NCBI GenBank assembly: GCA_963827475.1
Contig: CAWHAZ010000005.1
Span: 480,001 to 544,000 of the forward strand
Reading direction: 5' to 3'
Source: an uncultured Chloroflexia bacterium
GTDB taxonomy: Bacteria; Chloroflexota; Limnocylindria; QHBO01
DNA: 64,000 nt
Shown here piece by piece: positions 10,767 through 23,744 of this stretch. Both the position numbers and the translations under genes were made by a program. Each line of letters opens with the position of its first letter. Position 1 is the stretch's first letter. The notes beneath the pieces were generated by a model, which did no database searches, was not told where the DNA came from, and was given only the letters and a program-made list of their open reading frames with translations.

Positions 10767-11357
10767 ATGGAGCCCGGGGTCACCCTCCACGAGAAGGTCG
10801 GTCGCCCCCGGCTGACGGAGGCGGTCGAGCCGCTTCCTGTCGAAACCGCCCTGGAGCTCCTCGCCGCCGCGGCCGGGGAGACGGTGCGCAGGGCGCTGGG
10901 GACGCGCGAGGCGGAGGTGGAGGTCACCCTCTGCGGGGACGCGGAGATGACCCGACTGAACTTCGACCACATGGGCGAGCGCGGCCCGACCGACGTCCTG
11001 TCGTTCCCACTCCACGAATGGAGCGTGGAGAGCGGACACTCCCATCTCGCCGACGAGGACGGCCGCCTTCCCGACCGTGCGCCGCTCGTGCTCGGTGACG
11101 TCGTGATCGACCTCGACCAGGCCATCCGCCAGGCGGCGGAGGGGGACTGGAGCGTCGCGGAGGAGGTCGCCCTGCTCGCCATCCACGGGACGCTCCATCT
11201 CCTCGGGCACGACCACGATGACGCCGAGGGCGAGGCCGCCATGCGCGACGCGGAGCACGAGGCCCTCAGCGTGCTCCATCGCCGGTTCCATACCGTGGAG
11301 TGGAAACCGGGGTCGCTGTTCGATCGCGCCGGCCACGCGGTGGTCGCCGGCTACTAG
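10767..11357 (+). CDS. ybeY: rRNA maturation RNase YbeY
   Basis: PTDVLSFP, LGDVVI, HGTLHLLGHDH. Confidence 0.95.
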   Translation: MEPGVTLHEKVGRPRLTEAVEPLPVETALELLAAAAGETVRRALGTREAEVEVTLCGDAEMTRLNFDHMGERGPTDVLSFPLHEWSVESGHSHLADEDGRLPDRAPLVLGDVVIDLDQAIRQAAEGDWSVAEEVALLAIHGTLHLLGHDHDDAEGEAAMRDAEHEALSVLHRRFHTVEWKPGSLFDRAGHAVVAGY

Positions 11358-12457
11358 ACTTTCCGGTCGGTCCCCAGCTCCGCCGGGATCCGGTTCGCCC
11401 GGCCCAGCATCGCGTCTACCACGAGCGCGGCGCTCGCCGGGCCGGTCGACATGCCCCACGGCCCGTGGCCCGCGCAGACCCACAGCCCATCAGCGTCGGG
11501 CACCGGACCGATGAACGGCCGTCCATCCGCCGACTGCGGTCGGGCGCAAATCCGCACGGCCTGGATTTCGGCATCGGCCAGCGCCGGGACGAAGGCAGCT
11601 CCCCGTTCGAGCAGGATCGGGGCCAGCTCATCCGGGTCCGGCTGCTCGGTCAGGAACGTCGAGCCGATCGTCGCCAGGCCGTCGGCCGCCACCAGGCTGA
11701 ACAGGCTGCCGGCGTGGCCGGACGGGATGTTGATGGTGTGAACCACGCCCTCCTCGAGGACGTGGCGCGGCGGATCGGCCATCGCCACCTGGATGGTGAC
11801 GCCCCACGTGCGCGCGACCGGCGGCCACGCGGGGTCCATCTCGAGCACGTCCGGTGTCCACGGGCCGCCGGCCACGAGCACGCCGTCGGCGGCGAACCGT
11901 TCCCCATCTTCGAATGCCACTCCCCGCACGCGGCCGTTCTCGATCCACGGCCGGCCGGCGCGGCCGATGCGGATCGTGGCGCCGGCCCTCACCGCCCGGG
12001 CTGCCATCGCGTGGGTGGCTGCCTCGGGGACCACCGGATAGCCGGTTGCGATGCGCACGGCGGCCCAGCGCGGCGCGAGGGTCGGCTCCGCACGCGCGGT
12101 GGCCGCCGCGTCGAGCACCTCGGGGGCGAGGTCCGGGAACGCGGCGGCGAGCTCCGCCGCCCGCTCCGCCCCGGCGGCGAGGTCATCGGTCAGGAGGAGG
12201 ATGCCGACCGGTTCTGTTGGGAAGCGGAACTCCGGGTCGGCCGAGGCCGCCGCGTGGTACGCCTCGACGGTCTCCAGGTGGAGGGGAAGCAGGACCGGGT
12301 CGAACGGGTGCTGAATGGTGCCGGAGTTCCGCCCGGAGGCGCCGGCACCGATGGCGGTCGCCTCGATCAGGGTGGTCTCGGCTCCGGCCTCCGCCAACAG
12401 TGCGGCAGCCGAGCAGCCAATGATTCCGCCCCCGATGATCGCCACCCGCTCGGCCAC
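11354..12457 (-). CDS. FAD-dependent oxidoreductase (DAO/glycine oxidase family)
   Basis: IIGGGIIG, GASGRNSG, RPQSADGRPFIG, GHGPWG. Confidence 0.9.
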   Translation of the reverse strand: MAERVAIIGGGIIGCSAAALLAEAGAETTLIEATAIGAGASGRNSGTIQHPFDPVLLPLHLETVEAYHAAASADPEFRFPTEPVGILLLTDDLAAGAERAAELAAAFPDLAPEVLDAAATARAEPTLAPRWAAVRIATGYPVVPEAATHAMAARAVRAGATIRIGRAGRPWIENGRVRGVAFEDGERFAADGVLVAGGPWTPDVLEMDPAWPPVARTWGVTIQVAMADPPRHVLEEGVVHTINIPSGHAGSLFSLVAADGLATIGSTFLTEQPDPDELAPILLERGAAFVPALADAEIQAVRICARPQSADGRPFIGPVPDADGLWVCAGHGPWGMSTGPASAALVVDAMLGRANRIPAELGTDRKV

Positions 12458-12495
12458 GGCCCGATGCTACCCGCTGGCCCGCCACGGGCAGCGGG

Positions 12496-13240
12496 TCACG
12501 CGATGACCGACACCAGCGGCAGATGGTCCGACGCGCTGGCGAACTCCACATCGGTCGCCGGCTCGCAGAGGTGGATGCGGGGCAGGACCGCCGGTGTAGC
12601 GAGGAGGTAGTCGAGTCGGACCTGCGGAGCGACCGCCGGCAAGGTGTAGCCAGGCTCATCGGGGTGGAGCCGCCGGTAGACGTCGATCCAGCCCGCCTGC
12701 TGGAGCCGGTCGAGCACATCGGTCCGGATTGGTCCATCGAAGCGCAGCAGGAGCCGCAGCCAGAAGGGCATCCGCGCCACCCTGGGTTCGTCTCCGGGGG
12801 CCACGCTGTTGAGGTCGCCGATGATGACCGTGCCAGTTGCGAGATGCGGGACCGATGACCGGGGCCATGGCGTCGAGATGGCGGAGCCGGACTCGCTCAC
12901 CACGCCCCGACAGGCCGGAGGTCAGATGCAGACCGATGAATCGCAGATCGCTGGCGGCCGGCCGAAACTCGAGGAAGGCACGGATCCCCGGCGGGCTGTG
13001 CCACGTCGTGTCCACGAACGGGGAACGGCCGAGGGCCGCCACCGACACGCCCGGACTGGCGGCCACGTGGGGCAGGCCGGCCAGCTCCGCCAGGCGGTCG
13101 ACGGCATGCCGATCCGTCGCTTCCTGCAGCACGACGACGTCGGGTTCGAGGCTGGACAAGAACGCGCCGATGAGCGGCACGCGGCGACCTCCGCCAAAAC
13201 GGATGTTGTAGCTGACGACCCGAAGCGTCACTCGAGGCAA
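12496..13240 (-). CDS. Endonuclease/exonuclease/phosphatase (EEP) family protein (frameshift near 12849)
   Basis: SYNI, LQE and GLHL in one frame; GDLN, RLDY and SDH in the next. Confidence 0.88.
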
Positions 13241-13243
13241 TCC

Positions 13244-14058
13244 CTACGCGCCCAGCAGCACGTATGGCTGGACCTGAAGTGCGGCGCGCAGATCCAGGAA
13301 CCACGGGGCCATGGCCTGGAGGCTGACCGGGCGGCGGGCAATGGACTGCGCCTCCCGGCGTGCGGGATCGAGTGAGGGCGCCAGCCACGCGGTCGTATCC
13401 GAAAGGGGGAGCGTATTCACGCCGCGGACGACATAGCCATCGTCGTGCCAGGCGGCCATTGCCTCGTCGCCGAACAGGACCACGTCGAGGTCGCTCGTGC
13501 CGGGGCCCTTCGCGTCGAACGGCTCCTCGGTCCGGTAGGCATGCCCCTGGATGGCGCTTCCGCGCAAGGCGAGTTGGGTACCACGCGGCACGCCCCCCTG
13601 GAGCGCCTTGACGAACTCTCCAAACCGGGCGGTGTCGCCGTTGAATGCTCGCTCGATGGCCGCGGTCAGGAGCTGCGGGTCGCTGGAGTCTGGCGGATGG
13701 AGCTCGGCGATGATCTCGGAGAACGATGGCGGCCGGGCAGGCGGTGTGCCAACCACGTGCACGAATACGCCGGGCTGTTGGTGCACGCGGTTGCTGACCC
13801 AAGCTGACAGATTCGCCAGATCGCCGTCCGGCGATGGACCGCCGGGTCGCTCGTCGGCAACCGGGACGATCGCGATCTCTCGTCGACCTTCGCGAATGGC
13901 GCGCTCGGTCGCGGCCAGCGCGTCGGCGGCGCCATCGGTGTAGTCGACCGTCACACCGTCTCGACCCAGCTCGACGTCGCCCGCCAACCAGCCCAACCAG
14001 GAGTCGGGGGCAGCCGTCCGCTCGGGGCCGGGCTCACGAGCCACGACCAGGATGAGGC
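13244..14058 (-). CDS. Hypothetical protein with a C-terminal pol-beta-type nucleotidyltransferase-like domain
   Basis: ALRGSAIQG...GTSDLDVVLFG (GS...DxD signature); start uncertain (14058 or upstream, up to 14146). Confidence 0.65.
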
Positions 14059-14220
14059 TCATTTCCGCCACACGGTCGCCTGCCCGGCGCTGCAGGGACG
14101 GCAGGGAGATGCGCCCAAGCGCAACGATCGTGTAACGAAATCCCACGGACCGGCCCTGGGCCGCGTCACGCCTGACCGGCCACGCTCGGGTTGTCCCAAC
14201 CGCGAAGTGGAGATCTCTGG

Positions 14221-14738
14221 ATGAGCCGGCTCTGGACGAACCACGGACTGAGCATCACTGTCGGTTCGCTGTTCGTCGCCGCATGGATGCTCCAAACGGT
14301 CCTGGGATGGGGCGAGTTCGTCGGCGAGCAGACCGCACTCGGCGAGACCCCGGAGGTCTTCGGGGGTCCGGCTACCTCTGGAGCTGGGGCCGCGCGACCT
14401 TCGAGAACTGGCAGTCGGAGTTCCTCCAGGTCTTCATCTTCATCGTCCTCACCACGTTCCTCATTCACCGCCACAGTCACGAGTCGCCGGATACGGACCA
14501 CGCCACCGAGGCGTCCCTGCGCCGCATCGAAGCCCGGCTCATCCGACTGGAGGCCGGAAAGGCGGCCAGCGGAGAATCGTCGAGGGAGGTGTTCCTCACC
14601 CCGGAGATGGTCGAGGCCGAGCACCTCGGCTCGGTCAGCGTCCGTGCGCACTGGGCGTATCTCCTCGGCGTGGTGGGCATCGGGTTCGCCCTGACGATCG
14701 TGCTGCTCGCCCTCATCCAGGGGCTCGTGGCCGCGTAG
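14221..14738 (+). CDS. Small membrane protein, DUF6766-like (frameshift near 14364)
   Basis: NHGLSITV... joined to ATFENWQSEFLQ...SHES across a G5 run. Confidence 0.7.
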
Positions 14739-14794
14739 CCGCGGTCTCCCCAACGCGCTGACCGCGGCCGCGGGACGGCTACCATCGGTCAGCC

Positions 14795-15381
14795 ATGAAG
14801 GTCGTCTGTGGGCTGGGCAATCCCGGGGACCGGTACCGGCTGACGCGTCACAACGTCGGGTTCCGGGTGATCGACCTGCTCGCGGACCAGTGGAAGGTCA
14901 GCAAGGGCACGGTCAAGGACGGATCCGCTCGGCTGGAGGTCGACCGTGGCGATCCGGCCGGTCGCGTCCTGCTCGTCAAGCCGGCACGGTTCATGAACCA
15001 GTCCGGCCCGCCCCTCCGCGCCGCGCTCCGGAACGTGAACGCGGCGTACGAGACCGACCTGCTGGTCGTGACCGATGACGTGGACCTGCCGCTGGGACGG
15101 CTCCGCCTGCGGCGTGGCGGCTCGGCCGGCGGCCACAACGGCCTGCGCGACATCATCGAGACCCTGGGCACCGACCAGTTTGCGCGGCTGCGGGTCGGCA
15201 TCGGTCGCAACGGCGAGATGGTCGACCACGTCCTGTCCACGTTCAGCCGGGACGAGGAGGAGCTGGCCCGCGAAGCGATCATGACCGCAGCTGACGCGGT
15301 CGAGACCTGGCTGGTGCAGGGCGTGGAGGAGGCGATGAACGCGTTCAACGGGGTCGACCTGGACGAGCCACCCGCCGGGCC

Positions 15382-15385
<4 letters not shown>
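14795..15385 (+). CDS. pth: Peptidyl-tRNA hydrolase
   Basis: GLGNPG, TRHNVGF, MNQSG, GGHNGL; upstream of mfd. Confidence 0.96.
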
Positions 15386-18752
<3,367 letters not shown>

Positions 18753-18756
<4 letters not shown>

Positions 18757-20027
18757 GGCCGCGCTCCGCGCGGCGCGCCTATGCCGTCTACCTCTGGCTC
18801 GAGGGGGCGGAGTTCTACTGCTACATGCTGGTGTTCACGGCCGGCGCCCTGTACGGCATCCAGGTGGCGGGCCTCGATGCGCTCCAGCTGGTCCTGGTCG
18901 GCACCGCCCTCGAGATCGCGGCCCTCGTGTTCGAGGTTCCGACCGGCCTCGTGGCCGACACCGTCAGCCGCCGGCTCTCGATCATCATCGGCTGCCTGTT
19001 CATCGGTGCCGGCTTCATCCTCTGGGGCCTGGTCCCGGTCTTCCTGCCCATCCTGCTGGCCCAGGTCCTGTGGGGCCTGGGTGCCACGTTCCAGTCCGGT
19101 GCAACGGAGGCCTGGATCGCGGACGAGCTCGGGGGCCACGAGGTGGGGCAGACCTACCTGCGCGGTTCCCAGCTCGGCTACGGCGCTGCCGCGCTTGGGA
19201 TCGTCAGCAGCGCGTTGCTCGGATCAGCGTTCGGGCTGGCGGTGCCGATGGTGGTCGGAGGCATCGGCTTCCTGGTGATCGCGGCCACGCTGGTCGCGTT
19301 CATGCCCGAGGACCACTACGCGCCGGAACCGCGCGGCGACCGGAGCCGGGCGCGAACGATGGGCGATACGCTCACTGCCGGGATCCGGACCGTCCGCGCC
19401 CGCCCGGTGCTGCTGACCATCCTGCTCATCACCTTCCTCGGGGCGGGCGCGAGCGAGACCTTCGACCGGCTGTGGGAGTTCCACCTCCTCGACAACTTCA
19501 CGTTCCCGACGATCGTCGAGCTGCCGCCGATCGCCTGGTTCGGCCTCATCAGCGTCACCACCCTCCTGACCAGCATCGCCGTCGCAGAGGTCGCGCGCCG
19601 ACGAGTGGACACCGACAGCCACGTCGCGACCGCCCGCGCCCTGCTGGGCATGGACGCCGCCCTGATGGTGGCCATGGTCGTGTTCGGGCTGGCCGTGAGC
19701 TTCGAGATGGCCGTCGCGGCGTACCTGGTCGCGCGGGTCATGCGCCGGGTGACGATCCCGATCAGCACGGCCTGGATCAACCAGAGCCTGACCCCGAACG
19801 TGCGGGCCACGGTGATGTCCCTCAACGCCCAGACCGATGCGGTCGGCCAGATCGCGGGCGGCCCGCTGCTGGGCGCGTTGGCGGTCAGCGCCGGCACCCC
19901 GGCCGCGATGCTGGCCGCCGCCGCGTTCATCGCTCCGTCGCTGTTCCTCTACCTCCGGACGATCCGGCTCCACGGCCGTGACGTGATCGGCGACGATGGC
20001 CCTCCCGAGGAGGAGCCAGCGGCGTGA
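18753..20027 (+). CDS. MFS transporter (TetA(P)-like)
   Basis: FEVPTGLVADTVSRR, SGATEAWIADE, about 12 TM helices; GTGA overlap with the mfd stop. Confidence 0.85.
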
Positions 20028-20551
20028 ATCCGATCCGACTCCGCGATGCGACCCTCGACGACGCCGACCTGCTGGACGCGTGGGCCGCCTCACCCGAGAT
20101 CCGCGGCGAGTTCAACGACTTTGGGCTGGGGTCCGGCGACCGTTCCAGCGTCCGCTCTGCCCTGGCTGAAGGCCCGCTCCGCAACGAGCGGAGCGGCGAG
20201 ATGCTCGTCGAGCGGGTTGCCGATGGCGCACCCATCGGCACCGTCGGCTGGCACGAGGTCTTCTACGGACCCGGTCCGCTGTGCCGGGCATGGAATATCG
20301 GGATCGCGATCATCCCCGAAGCCCGCGGCCAGGGCTACGGATCGTTCGCCCAGCGCATGCTCGCTGACTACCTGTTCGAACAGACCGATGCCAACCGCGT
20401 CGAGGCCCAGACCGACGTCGACAACCTCCCCGAACAGCGCGCGCTCGAGAAGGCCGGCTTCCTCCGCGAGGGCGTTGCCCGTGGCTCCCAATACCGTGCC
20501 GGCGCCTACCGCGACCTGATCACCTACGCGCGGCTGCGCGGCGACACCTGA
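20024..20551 (+). CDS. GNAT N-acetyltransferase (RimJ/RimL-like)
   Basis: ARGQGYG, NLPEQRALEKAGFLREG. Confidence 0.9.
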   Translation: MNPIRLRDATLDDADLLDAWAASPEIRGEFNDFGLGSGDRSSVRSALAEGPLRNERSGEMLVERVADGAPIGTVGWHEVFYGPGPLCRAWNIGIAIIPEARGQGYGSFAQRMLADYLFEQTDANRVEAQTDVDNLPEQRALEKAGFLREGVARGSQYRAGAYRDLITYARLRGDT

Positions 20552-20633
20552 GGCGTATACTCGAACGCGAATCTCGACCCGGGACGGGCGCACCCGTCCG
20601 GCGCCGATCAGCATCGACTGAGGAGGCGCGATC

Positions 20634-23318
20634 GTGACGACCCAACCCCTGCCCGATCCTTCGGCTGCGCGCGCGACGCTGCGGGTCGGCGAGAGCTCGT
20701 ATCGGTATTACGACCTCACCGCCCTCGGCATCCAGGACCTCGACCGGCTGCCGTACACCGTCAAGGTCCTGATCGAGAATGCCGCGCGGCACGCGGCGTC
20801 GGGGAGTGGCCTGGTCACCTCCGACGACCTGGCAACGCTGGCCGGCTGGCGCCCGGACACCGACCCGGGCACCACCGAGCTGCCGTTCCTCCCCGCGCGG
20901 GTCATTCTCCAGGACTTCACCGGCGTCCCGTGCGTCGTGGACCTGGCCGCCATGCGCGACGCGATCGCGGACATGGGTGGCGACCCCGACCGCGTCAACC
21001 CCCTCGTCCCCGCCGACCTGGTCATCGACCACTCGGTCCAGGTCGACCAGTACGGCTCCGACGCCGCGTTCCTGATCAACGTCGAGCGCGAGTACGAGCG
21101 CAACGGGGAGCGGTACGCGCTCCTCCGCTGGGCGCAGGGCGCGTTCGCCAACTTCCGGGTCGTGCCGCCGGGGACCGGGATCGTCCACCAGGTCAATCTC
21201 GAGTACCTCGCCGACGTGGTCACCGCCCGCCCCGACCCGGACGGCACGCTGACTGCCTTCCCCGACACCCTGGTCGGGACCGACTCCCACACGACCATGA
21301 TCAACGGCCTGGGTGTCGTCGGCTGGGGCGTGGGCGGGATCGAGGCCGAGGCAGCGCTCCTCGGCCAGCCGCTGTACCAGCCGCTCCCCACGGTCGTCGG
21401 TTTCCGCCTTGACGGGGCGCTGCGACCCGGCACCACAGCCACCGACCTGGTCCTGACCGTTACCGAGATGCTCCGTGCCCACGGAGTGGTCGGTAAGTTC
21501 GTCGAGTTCCACGGCGCCGGCCTGTCGCGCCTGGGGCTGGCCGACCGGGCCACGATCAGCAACATGAGCCCCGAGTTCGGGGCCACGGCCACCCTGTTCC
21601 CGGTCGACGACGAGACCGTCCGCTACCTGCGCATGACCGGCCGATCTGACGAGGTCGTTGCCCGGGTCGAGGCCTACGCCAGGGCCCAGCACCTGTTCCG
21701 GACCGATGCCTCGCCGGAGCCTGTCTTCAACGAGTCCCTGTCACTGGACCTGGCCGATGTCGAGCCCTCCCTGGCCGGGCCGAAGCGGCCGCAGGACCGG
21801 GTGTCGCTGCCGGGGCTGCCGGAGAACTTCCGGACGGTCTACGCCGATGCATTGGACCGATCGGCAACGGTCCGCCTGAACGGCACGACCGATTCGCTCC
21901 GCTCCGGATCGGTGCTCATCGCCGCCATCACGTCCTGCACCAACACCTCGAACCCCTCGGTCATGGTCGCCGCCGGGCTGGTGGCCCAGAAGGCCGTCGA
22001 GCGCGGGCTGACTGTGCCGAAGTGGGTGAAGACCTCGTTCGCACCCGGATCGAAGGTGGTGACCCAGTACCTCGGCGACGCCGGCCTGATGGAGCCGCTC
22101 GAGGCGTTGGGCTTCCACCTCGTCGGCTTCGGCTGCACGACCTGCATCGGCAACTCCGGCCCGCTGGCGGAGCCGATCGCGGCCGCGGTGGAGGAGACCG
22201 ACCTGGTGGGGGTATCGGTCCTGTCCGGCAACCGGAACTTCGAGGGCCGCATCCATCCGCTGACCCGTGCCTCGTACCTCGCCTCGCCGCCGCTGGTGGT
22301 GGCGTTTGCGCTGGCCGGACGGATCGACCTCGACCTGACGACCGAGCCGCTGGGTGTCGGCGCCGATGGCGCATCGGTGTTTCTCGCCGACCTGTGGCCC
22401 ACCGCTGACGAGGTCGATGCGGTGGTGGCCGAGCGAGTGCGGTCGGACATCTTCCGCCGCGAGTACGCATCGGTCTTTGACGGGGACGATCACTGGCGCG
22501 AGCTGCCGGTCCCGGAGGGCGGGCGGTACGCGTGGGATTCCTCGTCGACCTACGTCGCCCGGCCGCCATTTTTCGACGGGCTGGGCGCCGAGCCGCCGCC
22601 GCTGGCGGACATCGTGGACGCCCGGGTTCTGGCGTGGATGGGGGACTCGGTCACGACTGACCACATCTCGCCGGCGGGTTCCATCCCGCAGACCAGCCCC
22701 GCCGGGCAGTGGCTGATCGAGCACGGCGTGGAGCCGCGTGACTTCAACTCCTACGGGGCGCGGCGCGGGCATCACGAGGTGCTGGTCCGCGGCACGTTCG
22801 CGAACATCCGGCTGCGCAACCGGCTCGTGGCCGACGCCGAGGGCAACGTCACCGAGCACTTCCCGAGCGGGGAGCGGACGACGATCTACGAGGCGTCGCA
22901 GCGATATCTCGCCGCCGGGATTCCGCTGATCGTGCTGGCAGGCCGCGAGTACGGCTCCGGCTCCTCACGGGACTGGGCGGCGAAGGGACCGCTCCTCCAG
23001 GGCGTGAAGGCCGTGATCGCCGCGTCGTACGAGCGGATCCATCGGTCGAACCTGCTGGGGATGGGCATCCTGCCGTTGCAGTTCGCGGATGGCGGGGACG
23101 CCGACACGGTGGGCCTGACCGGTCGCGAGACGTTCACCATCCGCGGCATCGCCGCCGGCCTGCAGCCGCGCCAGCGGCTCGAGGTCGAGGCCCACGGCGA
23201 GGACGGGGTGGTCCGCACCTTCCCGGCCGTCGTCCGCCTCGATGGACCGGTGGACGTCGAGTACTACCGCCAGGGCGGCGTGCTGCAGACCGTGCTCCGG
23301 AGGCTCGCCACGAGCTGA
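20634..23318 (+). CDS. acnA: Aconitate hydratase A
   Basis: QDFTGVP, DSHTTM, SCTNTSN, GCTTCIGNSG, GSSRDWAAKG; AGGAGG RBS. Confidence 0.97.
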   Translation: MTTQPLPDPSAARATLRVGESSYRYYDLTALGIQDLDRLPYTVKVLIENAARHAASGSGLVTSDDLATLAGWRPDTDPGTTELPFLPARVILQDFTGVPCVVDLAAMRDAIADMGGDPDRVNPLVPADLVIDHSVQVDQYGSDAAFLINVEREYERNGERYALLRWAQGAFANFRVVPPGTGIVHQVNLEYLADVVTARPDPDGTLTAFPDTLVGTDSHTTMINGLGVVGWGVGGIEAEAALLGQPLYQPLPTVVGFRLDGALRPGTTATDLVLTVTEMLRAHGVVGKFVEFHGAGLSRLGLADRATISNMSPEFGATATLFPVDDETVRYLRMTGRSDEVVARVEAYARAQHLFRTDASPEPVFNESLSLDLADVEPSLAGPKRPQDRVSLPGLPENFRTVYADALDRSATVRLNGTTDSLRSGSVLIAAITSCTNTSNPSVMVAAGLVAQKAVERGLTVPKWVKTSFAPGSKVVTQYLGDAGLMEPLEALGFHLVGFGCTTCIGNSGPLAEPIAAAVEETDLVGVSVLSGNRNFEGRIHPLTRASYLASPPLVVAFALAGRIDLDLTTEPLGVGADGASVFLADLWPTADEVDAVVAERVRSDIFRREYASVFDGDDHWRELPVPEGGRYAWDSSSTYVARPPFFDGLGAEPPPLADIVDARVLAWMGDSVTTDHISPAGSIPQTSPAGQWLIEHGVEPRDFNSYGARRGHHEVLVRGTFANIRLRNRLVADAEGNVTEHFPSGERTTIYEASQRYLAAGIPLIVLAGREYGSGSSRDWAAKGPLLQGVKAVIAASYERIHRSNLLGMGILPLQFADGGDADTVGLTGRETFTIRGIAAGLQPRQRLEVEAHGEDGVVRTFPAVVRLDGPVDVEYYRQGGVLQTVLRRLATS

Positions 23319-23341
23319 GGCCGGCCGCGACCCGGACACGC

Positions 23342-23369
23342 CGAGACCCGGGATTGCTCCCGGGTCTCG
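23342..23369. terminator. Hairpin between convergent genes (probable terminator)
   Basis: Perfect 12-bp inverted repeat CGAGACCCGGGA-TTGC-TCCCGGGTCTCG. Confidence 0.7.
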
Positions 23370-23403
23370 TACTTCCCGGCTTGGAGGGCCAGTAAGGGAA
23401 GCC

Positions 23404-23613
23404 TCAGTACATCGACGGTCCCGACAGGGGGGTCGTGTCCACGTAGATCGGGGTCGTGTTCTGGACCAGGTCGTGGGCCGGAGCGGCTGGGGTTCCAAGG
23501 TTCATGGCGACGAGGGCGATGACGGCGACCAGGACGAGCATCGCGAGCGCCCCGCCGATGGCTCCAAGGACCGCCGATCCGGTGTTGGTGGTGGGATACG
23601 AGATGGTGGTCAT
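23404..23613 (-). CDS. Small single-TM hypothetical protein
   Basis: GGGAGA RBS, ATG start, one hydrophobic helix, ends just before the hairpin. Confidence 0.55.
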   Translation of the reverse strand: MTTISYPTTNTGSAVLGAIGGALAMLVLVAVIALVAMNLGTPAAPAHDLVQNTTPIYVDTTPLSGPSMY

Positions 23614-23744
23614 TGGTCGGGTCTCCCGGTGATTGCGGTTGGGAAGGTGCTGCGCAGCATCGGTCCAGGCGGATCCGGATCCCTAGCGGCGGGGCGACGG
23701 TCGCGCTGTCGTTCAGCCGACAGGGCGGGGATCGTGGTGCCCGG

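Noticed and set aside
8709-11483. Long antisense ORFs (also 14848..17481, 31081..33828 and others)
   Set aside because: Shadow frames of high-GC genes; Arg/Gly/Pro-rich with no recognisable motifs
14131-14139. TGTAACGAA, also present at 42591, as a second site of the same ECF regulon
   Set aside because: No GTT at the matching spacing; a 9-mer match alone is insufficient
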